DNA of 63,898 bases, the filler included, from Octopus bimaculoides (lineage: Eukaryota): assembly GCF_001194135.2 (NCBI RefSeq). It is 10 parts of 8 records of this genome, joined end to end, with 100 filler letters (N's around TTAATTAATTAA, not from the genome) between each part and the next. Parts side by side here need not be neighbours in the genome. Positions count along the whole stretch, not along the records: positions 22,178 to 37,655 come from NC_069006.1; positions 37,756 to 51,999 come from NC_068996.1; 8 more parts are not named here. One strand, given 5' to 3'. The notes below the pieces were generated by a model. The model did no database searches. It saw only the letters and a program-made list of their open reading frames with translations, and was not told the DNA's origin. The position numbers and the translations under genes were made by a program. The first letter of the stretch is position 1; every line of letters starts with the position of its first letter. This document shows positions 25,958 to 38,296 of this stretch, piece after piece.

Positions 25958-26639
25958 NNNNNNNNNNNNNNNNNNNNNNNNNNNNNNNNNNNNNNNNNNN
26001 NNNNNNNNNNNNNNNNNNNNNNNNNNNNNNNNNNNNNNNNNNNNNNNNNNNNNNNNNNNNNNNNNNNNNNNNNNNNNNNNNNNNNNNNNNNNNNNNNNNN
26101 NNNNNNNNNNNNNNNNNNNNNNNNNNNNNNNNNNNNNNNNNNNNNNNNNNNNNNNNNNNNNNNNNNNNNNNNNNNNNNNNNNNNNNNNNNNNNNNNNNNN
26201 NNNNNNNNNNNNNNNNNNNNNNNNNNNNNNNNNNNNNNNNNNNNNNNNNNNNNNNNNNNNNNNNNNNNNNNNNNNNNNNNNNNNNNNNNNNNNNNNNNNN
26301 NNNNNNNNNNNNNNNNNNNNNNNNNNNNNNNNNNNNNNNNNNNNNNNNNNNNNNNNNNNNNNNNNNNNNNNNNNNNNNNNNNNNNNNNNNNNNNNNNNNN
26401 NNNNNNNNNNNNNNNNNNNNNNNNNNNNNNNNNNNNNNNNNNNNNNNNNNNNNNNNNNNNNNNNNNNNNATATATATAGGGTGGATAGGGTGAATTCGGA
26501 ACAACAACACGCCATGAATTTTTTGTAAAATATTATTAATAGTCAGCATAAAAACAGATTACATACAAATATTTACACAAACAAACAGCAAATGCTACAC
26601 CAGACGTGCAGTCAAAAGTTACCATGGTAACATATATAC

Positions 26640-26960
26640 ACAGTTCAGAAATTCGGACTCCGTATCCTGGTTTTTGGTTTCGCCAAAATTGGCCTCACAC
26701 AAATTTGGTTGTTCAAAAATAGCATTCCAAAAAGTTTGAATTTCATAAAATCCGGATTTCCATTTTTGTACAAATTCGGTTTTCGAACCTAGGATTTCGA
26801 CAGTGGATTTCGAACCTCGACTTCATAGAATCTGTCTATCAATTCAGTGTTCAACCTTGGGTTTCGAACCTTGGATGTCGAACCTTGGAATGTCATAAAA
26901 TGTATCTTTCAATTCGTTGTTCAACTTTGGATATCGAACCTTGGACCCAGATGTGACACA
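26640..26960. repeat. Degenerate 12-13-bp tandem motif (TT/GT)CGAACCTTGGA, probable transposon interior
   Basis: CGAACCT(T/A)GG recurs about six times between 26780 and 26945. Confidence 0.55.
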
Positions 26961-27084
26961 GAAATTATTTAAAATTTTACAAAAGTTCTTGCTCAAGGAC
27001 AAAATGCGTGACTGGGAATCGTGATCCAAATTCCCCTAAGAACAAGGGCTCGCACCTTCACATATAATGCGCATTCATATATCC

Positions 27085-27289
27085 TTTCTACTACAGATAC
27101 AAGGCCTGAAATATCTGGAGAGGCTCTACACGAATTCATTGTTCCCAGTACACAACTGATATTTATTTTATAGAATCTGCAAAGATAAAAGGTGATGTCG
27201 ACCTCGGCGGTATTTGAACTCAGAACGTAAGAAATACCGTTAAGCATTTTTGTTTGGTGTGCTAACGATTCGGCCAGCTCACTGCCTTT
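27085..27289 (-). mobile_element. SINE family A
   Basis: Minus strand reads GGCAGTGAGCTGGCCGAATCGTTAGCAC...TACGTTCTGAGTTCAAATACCGCCGAGGTCGAC. Confidence 0.8.
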
Positions 27290-27579
27290 GATACGTATAC
27301 ACATATATAGAAGTGAATAACAGTAATTACTCTTAAGTGATTAATCTTAATTGCAATTTATATTACTCAGTCTGGTCTACATAGTTTAAATGTACACTTA
27401 AAATTTTCTGAACGTCACTCAAACTAAACTATTTTATCGAAAATTCAAAAAAGCCTAAAAGCAGCCCTTTTGTGCACTCACTGATCTTTCACTACCCACT
27501 TTATCTTCTTCTCAGAGCAATGACGCTGCCGCCTCTGAGTTTCAATACTCGCCCATGATTTTTCATGCAACTGTCATCA

Positions 27580-27761
27580 TGTCGACAGTCGTGGTTGGTG
27601 GTCTCTCATTGCATGGTTTGCCTTCAGTGCCGGTTGCCCCTTGTTTAAATGCCTTCCTGCATATGTGCACGTTGCTCTAGTCCGTGGTGTCGACGTCGGA
27701 CAGCTTACCCTCCTCCGTCTTCAAGAACTCAATGACTGCTCGTTGCTTCCAATGAAAACGT
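27580..27761 (-). mobile_element. mariner-family transposase N-terminal (HTH) remnant
   Basis: Minus frame gives RFHWKQRAVIEFLKTEEGK...SNVHICRKAFKQGATGTEGKPCNERPPT, which resembles the mariner N-terminus KQRxVIEFLxxEG...FKxG...DKPRSGRP. It contains a stop and an internal deletion. Confidence 0.55.
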
Positions 27762-28772
27762 TTTTTTGTTGTCTTTGTTTTTTTTTTTGTCTACCTTAGC
27801 CCCCTACCCTCTCTCAATAATAAAAAGGATTATTTGTCTGTATCGAAGAATACAGAAGAAGTCGGGGGGTGGGGTATAGAGGAAGGGTTACTGTAGCAAC
27901 ATGTGCAGTTTGAACGACTTCTGTCAGTTGATAAAAATTAAAACCGGTGTTTGCATTACTTCTCACATACACCTATCATGTGTATGAGTTTGTATATANN
28001 NNNNNNNNNNNNNNNNNNNNNNNNNNNNNNNNNNNNNNNNNNNNNNNNNNNNNNNNNNNNNNNNNNNNNNNNNNNNNNNNNNNNNNNNNNNNNNNNNNNN
28101 NNNNNNNNNNNNNNNNNNNNNNNNNNNNNNNNNNNNNNNNNNNNNNNNNNTATATATAGTGTATTATATCTGGAACTCGACTGACGAAAAAAAAAACTCC
28201 GAATGACCCGTCCTTGTTTTATTTCTTCTCCCTTCTTCTATCGTCTGTTTGGATGTTTTATTGTTGCCTGTTGCGTTCTTGTGCCATTCTTTGATTTTCT
28301 TTCTTATATACATATAACGGCGTACGTACACTTTAGTCTCTTTCTCTCCCTCTCTCTATATATATGTATGTATGCCTCTATGTATATATGTATACAAGTG
28401 CATACCCATTTGAACACATTTACAATATGTACAGACTTATTGAGAGGCAATGAGAGGCAAAATATTACAGACACATGGAGAAAGAACAGCAACAAAGATC
28501 GTCCGTGACCTGGAGAGTTATACTGAAACGCAAGCGTGGCTCTACACATAAACATGTTATATATTAAGAGAGTAAATCAATCCATTCCCATGCACGATGA
28601 ATTCAATTGACTGTGTTTCTGTGAGCACACATGCTCTCGTATACATAAGTTAACACGGATACTTACATATACATTTACATACGCATTCATGCATATTAAA
28701 AATCAGTTCAAAGAGAAAAATAAATCAATTAGGTGGAACGCATTCGTGGTATATATGCGTATATATATATAT

Positions 28773-28843
<71 letters not shown>

Positions 28844-29885
28844 NNNNNNNNNNNNNNNNNNNNNNNNNNNNNNNNNNNNNNNNNNNNNNNNNNNNNNNNN
28901 NNNNNNNNNNNNNNNNNNNNNNNNNNNNNNNNNNNNNNNNNNNNNNNNNNNNNNNNNNNNNNNNNNNNNNNNNNNNNNNNNNNNNNNNNNNNNNNNNNNN
29001 NNNNNNNNNNNNNNNNNNNNNNNNNNNNNNNNNNNNNNNNNNNNNNNNNNNNNNNNNNNNNNNNNNNNNNNNNNNNNNNNNNNNNNNNNNNNNNNNNNNN
29101 NNNNNNNNNNNNNNNNNNNNNNNNNNNNNNNNNNNNNNNNNNNNNNNNNNNNCATATATACATACATATATATATATATATACATATGCATGTATTTGTG
29201 TATATATTTTTTATACATACATATGTGTGTGTGCATATACATATATGTACATATATTCATATGGATATATGTACATATATACATACATACATTTATACTT
29301 ACATGCAAATATATATATATTCATATATATACATATATACACACATGATTTTATATATTTAATTGTACATACCAATAAATCATTTAAAATTGCAAATGAA
29401 TATTTGATTACATGAACGCCACAAGGGTTAGAAATATCATGTATGTATGTATGTATGTATGTATGTATGTATGTATGTATGTATGTATGTATGTATGTAT
29501 GCGAATGTGTTTGTGTCTGTGTATGTATAATTCTGTTATGTGTAAGTGTTATAAAATGTCAGACGTATGTGTTTCCCTGCGGACATGACTAGGTAATTGT
29601 ATAATTAAATCCATGCCATTTTTTTTAGTACATGCGAGCGAGTCCATGTTGTTTTTATTGCTGCTGCTGCTACTGCTGCTGCGGTCGTTGTTGTTGTTGT
29701 AACTGCTGACAGTCCTGCTGCTGTTTCCCTTGTTGTTGTTGTTGGTTGTTCTGCTGCTGTTGTCGATGTTCCCCGTTTAGTGTCAGATCACCCTCTTACA
29801 TTCTGAGTCGATAGTTTCTTTTAATCGAGCACCATAATCGAAACTAACAAACGGTCTTGAGTCTTTAATAGACAGGAGAAGACTG

Positions 29886-30335
29886 CGAGCTGGTGGAATC
29901 GTCAGCGCGTCGGACAAAATGCTGAGCGGTATTTCGCCCGACTTTACGTTCTTTGTTCAAATCTCACCGAGGTCGACTTTGCCTTTCATTGTTTTAGGGG
30001 GTCGATGAAATAAAATGCCGGGGTCGATGTAATCACCTTGCTGGCCTTGTGCCAAAATTTGAAACCAATATAAGCACCGATGGCAGCGGAATTTCGTCTG
30101 CCGCTACGTTCTGAGTTCAAATTCCGCCGAGGTCGACTTTGCTTTCATCCTTTCGGGGTCGATTAAATAAGTACCAGTTACGCACTGGAGTCGATATAAT
30201 CGACTTAATCCGTTTGTCTGTCCTTGTTTGTCCCCTCTGTGTGTAGCCCCTTGTGGGCAGTAATGAAATGAGAAATGTTAGCACGCGGTACCTCAGCATG
30301 GCCGCAGCTCCGAAGCTGAAAATGCTAAAAGAAAA
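29886..30335 (+). mobile_element. Cluster of two SINE A copies (29886-30070 and 30083-30270) plus a SINE B tail fragment
   Basis: CCGAGGTCGACTTTGC(C/T)TTTCAT occurs twice. The second copy is well preserved through GGGGTCGATTAAATAAGTACCAGTTACGCACTGG to the tail AGCCCCTTGTGGGCAGTAATGAAAT. Confidence 0.85.
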
Positions 30336-30654
30336 GATACACACACACACATACATATTTATGTGTGTGTATATATATATATATATATTATATTATATAT
30401 TCCATATTCTATATCCCACATAAATTTTACAAGAATATAAATAAAAAACATAAAAAATAGACAGAGTTGGAACTCTTTTAAATAAAATAATATATTCCTC
30501 TATACACGATCATACAAAACCCTTTTTTTTTTATTTATTTTTACTCACACACACACACACACACACACACACNNNNNNNNNNNNNNNNNNNNNNNNNNNN
30601 NNNNNNNNNNNNNNNNNNNNNNNNNNNNNNNNNNNNNNNNNNNNNNNNNNNNNN

Positions 30655-30686
<32 letters not shown>

Positions 30687-31049
30687 GTATCTATAGGCAA
30701 GCATTCGTAAGATGAAACTTCGAAGTGACTGTCATCCCTCTAACATAAATGTGTGTGTGTGTGTGTGTGTGTGTGCGTATATGTATATGAATTTCTGGGG
30801 TATGTATTAATGTGTCTCTGACTATGTGTAACTACGTATGTATGTATATGTGTATGTGTACGTACGCATGCGGGTTTCTGCTTTTGCGTCTATATTTCAC
30901 AAATTGTGTAAATATATCCATTACGAAATCGTCTGATCCTGTACGTATTTATGTATTTAATCCTTTACCACCCAGTTCAACCTTCCATCCACCCGTACGC
31001 AATCATAATTTTAAATACTGACTTAAAACAAAATTCTGAAAACAACTGA

Positions 31050-31145
31050 AGAACATAGAAAAGAAAAGACACATAGAAAAGAAAAGACACATAGAAAAGA
31101 AAAGACTCATAGAAAAGAAAAGACACATAGAAAAGAAAAGACACA
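31050..31145. repeat. 18-bp minisatellite (GACACATAGAAAAGAAAA) x about 5
   Basis: Direct reading. Confidence 0.9.
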
Positions 31146-31431
31146 TACACAGATGAAAAGCAAGACAAAAAGAAGTGCATGCCAAGTACTGATTACCCGA
31201 AAGCAAAAGTTAATAACATAATATTATAAAATGATATAATAAAAGAACTGCAAACATTTAACAGGTACACAAATATATAAATACACACTGTGGCAGGGAT
31301 TATGTGGTGGCGGTGGGGAGGTTCTGCTTAATTCGTTAAGAAAGACTTAGTGTCAGTTTATTAATTCGTTTATGTTAAGATATTGTTCTAGGAAAATGAA
31401 AGTGAAAGTAAAATTTTAAAAGATTCTGAGA

Positions 31432-32058
31432 CACACACACACACATACATATATATATACATATATATGCTGATATTTGTGTATATACATATATGTATGT
31501 NNNNNNNNNNNNNNNNNNNNNNNNNNNNNNNNNNNNNNNNNNNNNNNNNNNNNNNNNNNNNNNNNNNNNNNNNNNNNNNNNNNNNNNNNNNNNNNNNNNN
31601 NNNNNNNNNNNNNNNNNNNNNNNNNNNNNNNNNNNNNNNNNNNNNNNNNNNNNNNNNNNNNNNNNNNNNNNNNNNNNNNNNNNNNNTATACATATATGTA
31701 TGTATGTATATATATATATTATATATACATTTTTTATAAGTATATTCATGTATATGCACATATACACTCATATATGCATGCATACATATATGCATACATA
31801 CATACATATGTACATATATATCTGTATTTGCATACACACACACACATACATATATATATACATATATATGCTGATATTTGTGTATATACATATATGTATG
31901 TATGTATATATATATATTATATATACATTTTTTATAAGTATATTCATGTATATGCACATATACACTCATATATGCATGCATACATATATGCATACATACA
32001 TACATATGTACATATATATCTGTATTTGCATACACACACACACATACATATATATATA
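31432..32058. repeat. 198-bp tandem repeat built from microsatellite sequence, spanning a gap
   Basis: TTTTATAAG ends at 31740 and at 31938 with apparently identical intervening units. A further partial unit lies at 31432-31500 before the gap. Confidence 0.85.
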
Positions 32059-32537
32059 CAGATAGATAGGATGAAAGTGAGGGGGGCTACAAGTGAGGGT
32101 ATTTTATTTGTAAGGGTTTTAGGTTTAAAATTCCTTACCCAGAGAAAAAACTTTGCAGGTTAACGTAATATTACCTTTCTATATTTCATTGTATAGATAT
32201 TCTATTTTAAGATGACACGTATAACTTTTTAACTCAGCTATTCCACCACGCCCGAGGCAAACAAAGGATTCCTCTTAGTGGTCTATAGACCAGCTAGAAA
32301 TAGAAGCTAGATTACCTGCAGATCATATCTAAACTTCAGGTCTTTGCAGGCGAATATTTTTTAGAAGTATAACATCCTAGTATGTAGTTCCCATTCTTAA
32401 GGTTTATTTTGCGATAAAATTTGCTGCCATTTCTAGCAGCCCGATGAACCATGTAGAGATTCTCTGAGATATAAGTTTATACTTCCTAAGACGCTGACGT
32501 TTTGGTCACAAAATTATCATATTGTAAATGTTTTACA

Positions 32538-32690
32538 CTCTGTGTCACGCTGTATCTCTCTGAGAATTAACGCGCGTGGCTGTGGGGTACTCAGCCATCT
32601 GCATGTTTATTTCACGAGCAGCCTGTTCCGTTGATCGGATGAACTGGAACCGTCATCGGCGTAGTAACCGGCAGAGCACCAATTAATAGC
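32538..32690 (+). mobile_element. SINE-like family D copy
   Basis: Homologous to 1395-1585. Confidence 0.7.
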
Positions 32691-33450
32691 ACAACACCGA
32701 AGATACAACCAAAAAGACTGGAAGAAATTAAAATTGAAACTTCGATTGCTGGCTTGCAGAAAAGTACCTTTCTATATTCTCCAAGAATCTTAAGACAGAT
32801 TCTTGAGAGTTGAAAAAATTCGTCACCAAACCTCAAGAGAACACACCAGCTAATTAAGTCATTATGCCAGTAATTAACACAGACACGTACACAGGCTCAT
32901 TTTCACTTCCTTTTTGTTCGTTGATTGGTTAACTATTTATCTAACTGACTAATCCATTTTTCGAATAATCTCTCGTTTAATGAATCAATGAATGGACTGG
33001 TGATTCCGTTAATCAATCATTCCGTTGTTTTTGTTTTTTTTTTCCCAATGTTCTTTCGTTGCTTTTCGCAACTTATTAAGCGACATATTCTCTGTACCCC
33101 AGGTAATGCGAATGAGGATCGAAAAATTGTTTCTAGAATGATTCCAAAACTTGCGTCCTCAATGACAACAACAAGAGTAACGAGCAGAACAAAAATAACA
33201 ACGACAGGATCATCATCATCATCGCCATCATTATCAAAAATATATATATATTGCGCAACATCTATAATATTTTAGATAGCATTATGGAGGAAGTTAATTT
33301 AAGATTCCGTTCAAAAACAGATTAGAATAAAATAGAATGCAAGAATAGCGAATAGAAGAGAAAAGACAAATAGATATATAAGAAATAAAAATTAAAGAAT
33401 ATAAATAGAGCGTAAAAGATATTAAGGCTAATAAAAGAATGCTGAAGATT

Positions 33451-33574
33451 TATAAGCAATATACATATAAATGTCTTTAAATAAAATACCAGAGGAAACC
33501 TAAGTGCGCACAATCTACAATGATGCATACACAGTCGTTCAAAGACAAACACACTTAAGTCATTTGGAGATTTT

Positions 33575-33605
<31 letters not shown>

Positions 33606-34002
33606 GTAGGCGTGTGTATGTATATGCGTGTGTATGTCTGTTTGTATGTGTGTATGTATGTGTGTATGCAGGCGTGTGTGTATGTATGTGTGTGCATGTG
33701 TGTGTGTACTGTATATAAGTCGACGAATTACAGTACACACTTATATACAGTACACACACACATGCACACACATACATACACACACGCCTGCATACACACA
33801 TACATACACACATACAAACAGACATACACACGCACATACATACACACGCCTACGTGTGGGTGTGTGTGTGTGTGTATAAAAATCTCCAAATGACTTAAGT
33901 GTGTTTGTCTTTGAACGACTGTGTATGCATCATTGTAGATTGTGCGCACTTAGGTTTCCTCTGGTATTTTATTTAAAGACATTTATATGTATATTGCTTA
34001 TA
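33451..34002. repeat. Near-perfect long palindrome (arms 33451-33720 and 33739-34002, 18-nt spacer)
   Basis: The arms are reverse complements through both unique and microsatellite sequence, with only a few substitutions and a CA-length difference. Confidence 0.95.
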
Positions 34003-35005
34003 TATACATACGTACATGCATATATATATATATATATATATANNNNNNNNNNNNNNNNNNNNNNNNNNNNNNNNNNNNNNNNNNNNNNNNNNNNNNNNNN
34101 NNNNNNNNNNNNNNNNNNNNNNNNNNNNNNNNNNNNNNNNNNNNNNNNNNNNNNNNNNNNNNNNNNNNNNNNNNNNNNNNNNNNNNNNNNNNNNNNNNNN
34201 NNNNNNNNNNNNNNNNNNNNNNNNNNNNNNNNNNNNNNNNNNNNNNNNNNNNNNNNNNNNNNNNNNNNNNNNNNNNNNNNNNNNNNNNNNNNNNNNNNNN
34301 NNNNNNNNNNNNNNNNNNNNNNNNNNNNNNNNNNNNNNNNNNNNNNNNNNNNNNNNNNNNNNNNNNNNNNNNNNNNNNNNNNNNNNNNNNNNNNNNNNNN
34401 NNNNNNNNNNNNNNNNNNNNNNNNNNNNNNNNNNNNNNNNNNNNNNNNNNNNNNNNNNNNNNNNNNNNNNNNNNNNNNNNNNNNNNNNNATATATATATA
34501 TATATATATAATTATATATATATATATTTATTTATGTACCTTTCTATGTGTATGACTCAATATATACTGATATGGAACACACACACACCCGATATTTATA
34601 TATATATAGACTTATAAATATGAATATTTATTATCCATATTTTTTATATTTTATCGGATGAATGTATGTTCGTCCTTTAATTGGAATTGCAAAGGCATAT
34701 GTTACGTATGTATGTGCTTACACTTATATATATATGTAGGTATATATATGTAGGTATATATATGTAGGTATATATATGTAGGTATATATGTATCTCAAAC
34801 TCTGTGTGTGTGCGTAACAGTTACTTACAACGAGCAAAAAATGTCTTTGTTTGACAGGAATTCATTCGCTGATACTTTTCTCGTCTCGAGTGAAATAGGA
34901 TCAATTGGTACAGAAAATAGCTGAAATTTTCAAAAATCGAATGTATTGGTGCCCCCCACCCTCACTCTCACCCTCACACGCGCGCGCGCGCGCGGAAACA
35001 AGCAC

Positions 35006-35042
<37 letters not shown>

Positions 35043-35859
35043 AACAAGCACACACACACAAACAAGCACACAAATGCACGCACACATGAGTATGAATGAA
35101 AGACTATGCGCATGTGTGTGAGTGTATATATATATATACATATATATACACACACACGTAGACATATATACATATAACGTATATATGTATATATATGTGT
35201 GTGTGTACATGTATATATGTATACATAAATATATCTACATATGTAATATATATATTCATATATATATGTATTTACGTAATTTTGCATATATATATATATA
35301 TNNNNNNNNNNNNNNNNNNNNNNNNNNNNNNNNNNNNNNNNNNNNNNNNNNNNNNNNNNNNNNNNNNNNNNNNNNNNNNNNNNNNNNNNNNNNNNNNNNN
35401 NTATATATATTTATCCATCTATATATATACGTGTGTGAGTGAGTGAAAGGTATGTGTGTGAGAGACATACATGTCTACATATGTGTTTGTGCGTGTCTGT
35501 GTATATGTATTTATATACTTACACTTATCAATACATATATGTATATATATATATATGTGTATGTTTGTACCTATGTACATGTGTGTGCGTAACGCATAAA
35601 TTTATCTGAGAGTTCTTCTGTCTCTGGTTTTGTATGGCTGTATGCAAATGAGTTTGGCTAAAATATTGCTAAACTTGTCAGTCACGATGACCTGGGCACG
35701 TGATTGTAGTGTTCGTTGAATCTGCTGCAGTCACGTGATTGACAACAGAATCGGTGGAGCGTTGGACAAAAGCATTTATTTTATTGAGTTAAACAATTTT
35801 TTTTTTTTATGTGCATATATCGAAATATATGTCTTCGATATGTCTTTAAACAGCATCCT

Positions 35860-36369
35860 ATATTAGGGTCCTGGTTTAGGTTTTCTAGCGTTTTGTGGAG
35901 TGTGGGGCCACTTCGTAGCCACTATTGCTCCTTGGTCTACTCAGACCCGGAGATTTAGTCCTGTCATGATCACATCTATGGATTAATAGCGGGGCTTCGG
36001 AACAGGAGTTCCAAGGTGTTGAAGTATGCGGAACTACCTCATAGTTACTATTGTTCCTAGGTCTACACAGACTTGGAGCAGTAGCCCCTGTCAGGGTCGC
36101 AGCAATGGGTTACTAGAGGGGCCCTGGAACAGGGGGTCAACAATTTTGAAGATTGTGGGACCTCCTCATAGTTACTAGTGTTCCTAGGTCTACTCAGACT
36201 TGGAGCAGTAGCCCCTGTCACGGTCGCAGCAATGGGTTACTAGAGGGACCCTGGAACGGGGTCAACGATTTTGAAGATTGTGAGATCTCCTCATAGTTAC
36301 TAGTGTTCCTAGGTATACACTGACTTGGAGCAGTAGCCCCTGTCAGGGTCGCAACATTGGGTTAATAGA
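35860..36369 (+). repeat. ~125-bp minisatellite (unit starts at 36037, 36164 and 36289, plus one older unit) derived from a dispersed repeat
   Basis: The unit is CCTCATAGTTACTA(T/G)TGTTCCTAGGT...GACTTGGAGCAGTAGCCCCTGTCA.... A diverged monomer lies at about 49336-49457. Confidence 0.9.
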
Positions 36370-36959
36370 TGTGATTTTATTCAAGATTTACTCATAATAC
36401 CGGTGCGGGTGCAGTGGCGGAAGGGGTGTAGTGAGGGTGTAGTAATGGTGGAGGTGGTGTTTATGCTGGCGATGCTGTTGATAATGTGTTGGTAATGGAG
36501 GTGATGATGATGGTGGTGGTGGGTGTGTCGATGGCGAAGCGGCTTCAAAGATATCTTCTGAAGTCGATATGGTGGTGATGGTGGCCATAGTTGGATAAGC
36601 TCTCGTCGTCACGTCGTCATACTGAAGACGATGATGATGGTGGTGGTTATAGTAGTGATCATAGTGTGTGCGCGTGTGGCGAATGAGGAACAATGGTGGC
36701 GGCGTGGAATGAACAGAGGTGTAAAGTAGAATGTAATAATATGACAGGTGAAATTTGGTGGAATCGTCGGCGTGAAGATTTTGATAAAAAATCAACGGCA
36801 GCAGATGTTCATAGCTTGTTGGAGCTGTCACTGATGTAAGTAAACCGTTGATAACAATTTACGTGCACAGCGTAATATACATACATACATATATATATAT
36901 CAAAACGCTAAAAAGAGAGTAAATGGAAAGCTTGCTGAAATGTGGCAATTTTAATAAAA

Positions 36960-36997
36960 CCTTTGTATTTCAGGTGCAAACTCCCATCTTCAGAAGA
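36960..36997 (-). ncRNA. Degenerate minimal hammerhead-like motif
   Basis: Minus strand parses as TCTT-CTGAAGA-T-GGG-AGTTTGCA-CCT-GAAA-TAC-A-AAGG. Stem III is broken, so it is probably inactive. Confidence 0.3.
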
Positions 36998-37099
36998 AAC
37001 GTAGGATCTGTGAACCCTCATAGCTGAAATATAAGAATTTTATTAAACTTACCGCTTTGTAACAAGCTTTCTAGTTTTTTTCTCTTTTTACCTTCTTCG

Positions 37100-37135
<36 letters not shown>

Positions 37136-37315
37136 ATCTGTTTTATCTTTTACTTGTTTAAGCCATTAGACTACGGCCATGCTGGGACATCACCTTGAAG
37201 GATTTTAGTCAAACGAAATCATACCAATACCCGTTTAAAATTTATTATTATTATCATTATTATTATTAGTATTGTTGTTGTTGCTTTTATTCTTGTTGTT
37301 GCTGTTGTCGTTAAG

Positions 37316-37622
37316 GCGGTGAGCTGGCAAAATCGTTAGAATGCTGGACGAAATGCTTAGCGGTATTTTTCACTCGTCGCTACGTTCTGAGTTCAAATTC
37401 CGCCGAGGTCGACTTTGCCTTTCTTCGTTTCGGGGTCAACAAATTAAGTACCATTTGAATACTCTATATAAAAGATCTGCTTCTTTCAGTTTCTGTCTGA
37501 ATCTACTCACAACGCTTTGGTGGATTAGAGTAGAAAACAGATGCCCAAGGTGCCACGCAGTGGGAGCGATCACGGAACATGTCGTTAGGAAGCAAACTCC
37601 ATACTACACAGCCACGCCTACG
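37316..37622. mobile_element. SINE A (+, 37316-37460) facing SINE B (-, 37483-37622)
   Basis: The SINE A head is GGCGGTGAGCTGGCAAAATCGTTAG...GTTCAAATTCCGCCGAGGTCGACTTTGCC. The SINE B minus head is CGTAGGCGTGGCTGTGTAGT...CCCACTGCGTGGCACCTTGGGCA. Confidence 0.85.
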
Positions 37623-37623
37623 G

Positions 37624-37655
<32 letters not shown>

Positions 37656-37812
37656 NNNNNNNNNNNNNNNNNNNNNNNNNNNNNNNNNNNNNNNNNNNNT
37701 TAATTAATTAANNNNNNNNNNNNNNNNNNNNNNNNNNNNNNNNNNNNNNNNNNNNGAAGGATAGAAAAATAATAGATTTATAAGCCTTAAAATTCACCCC
37801 ATAATTGCCCAC

Positions 37813-37927
37813 GGGCATATGGCGTAGTGGTTAAGAGCGCGGGCTACTAACCCCAAGGTTCCGAGTTTGATTCACGGCAGCGACCTGATTAATAATAGTA
37901 ATAATAATAATAATAATATAATAGTAA
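37813..37927 (+). mobile_element. Minimal tRNA-head SINE (family F) with (AAT)n tail
   Basis: A box TGGCGTAGTGG, B-box-like GAGTTTGATTC, end GCAGCGACCTG followed by an AAT tail, and no acceptor stem. A second 5'-truncated copy lies at about 63370-63474. Confidence 0.7.
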
Positions 37928-37967
37928 CATCGTTAGGAATGAGAACCCAGGTTCGAAATTTCCCCAA

Positions 37968-38013
37968 GACACCTGACGAAGGCTGGAGGGTATATCAGCC
38001 GAAACATTGTGTT
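37968..38013 (+). ncRNA. Minimal type I hammerhead ribozyme in a Penelope-type terminal fragment (about 37930-38095)
   Basis: Parses as GACAC-CTGACGA-A-GGCTG-GAGGGTATAT-CAGCC-GAAA-CAT-T-GTGTT: 5-bp stem I and perfect 5-bp stem II. Stem III ACAT is one CpG-type transition from palindromic ACGT. Confidence 0.7.
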
Positions 38014-38156
38014 AACAACAAACAAGATGAGGACAAATATCCGACAAATGTAAATAATGTAAATAATTCCTCATCTCTTAAATATAGAACTGAACAATAA
38101 TTAGTCTCATAGAATAATTCACAGCTATAAAGGCATAAATAAATAAATACAATAGT

Positions 38157-38296
38157 AACAAGAGCACTCAGAGTGCAAACTTCCACCAAGGCAACACCAA
38201 TGTCCTCTCAACAATTAGCCCAAGATTATTTTTAAAATAAGAATATCTAAAATAAACTCAACTGCTCTCAAATGAGAATACTAAAAATGAACCCAA
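38157..38296 (+). mobile_element. HINE-like element 5' fragment
   Basis: AACAAGAGCACTCAGAGTGCAAACTTCCACCAAGGCAACACC... is homologous to 6447 onward. Confidence 0.7.

Noticed and set aside
19545-30740. Shared GACTGTCATCC preceded by a small hairpin at about 19560 and 30730
   Set aside because: An 11-bp match is expected many times by chance in 64 kb, and there is no hammerhead core upstream.
31050-31145. CRISPR-like array
   Set aside because: Contiguous 18-bp units with no unique spacers and no cas genes, in a eukaryotic context.
36388-36850. His/Pro-rich minus ORF, and a short + frame MTGEIWWNRRREDFDKK... ending at a GTAAGT
   Set aside because: Mostly degenerate GGT/GAT repeats. The + candidate has no in-phase partner exon that I could find.
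37813-37887. Functional tRNA gene
   Set aside because: A and B boxes are present, but there is no acceptor stem and the apparent anticodon is ACT. An AAT tail follows and a degenerate second copy exists, so it is a SINE head.
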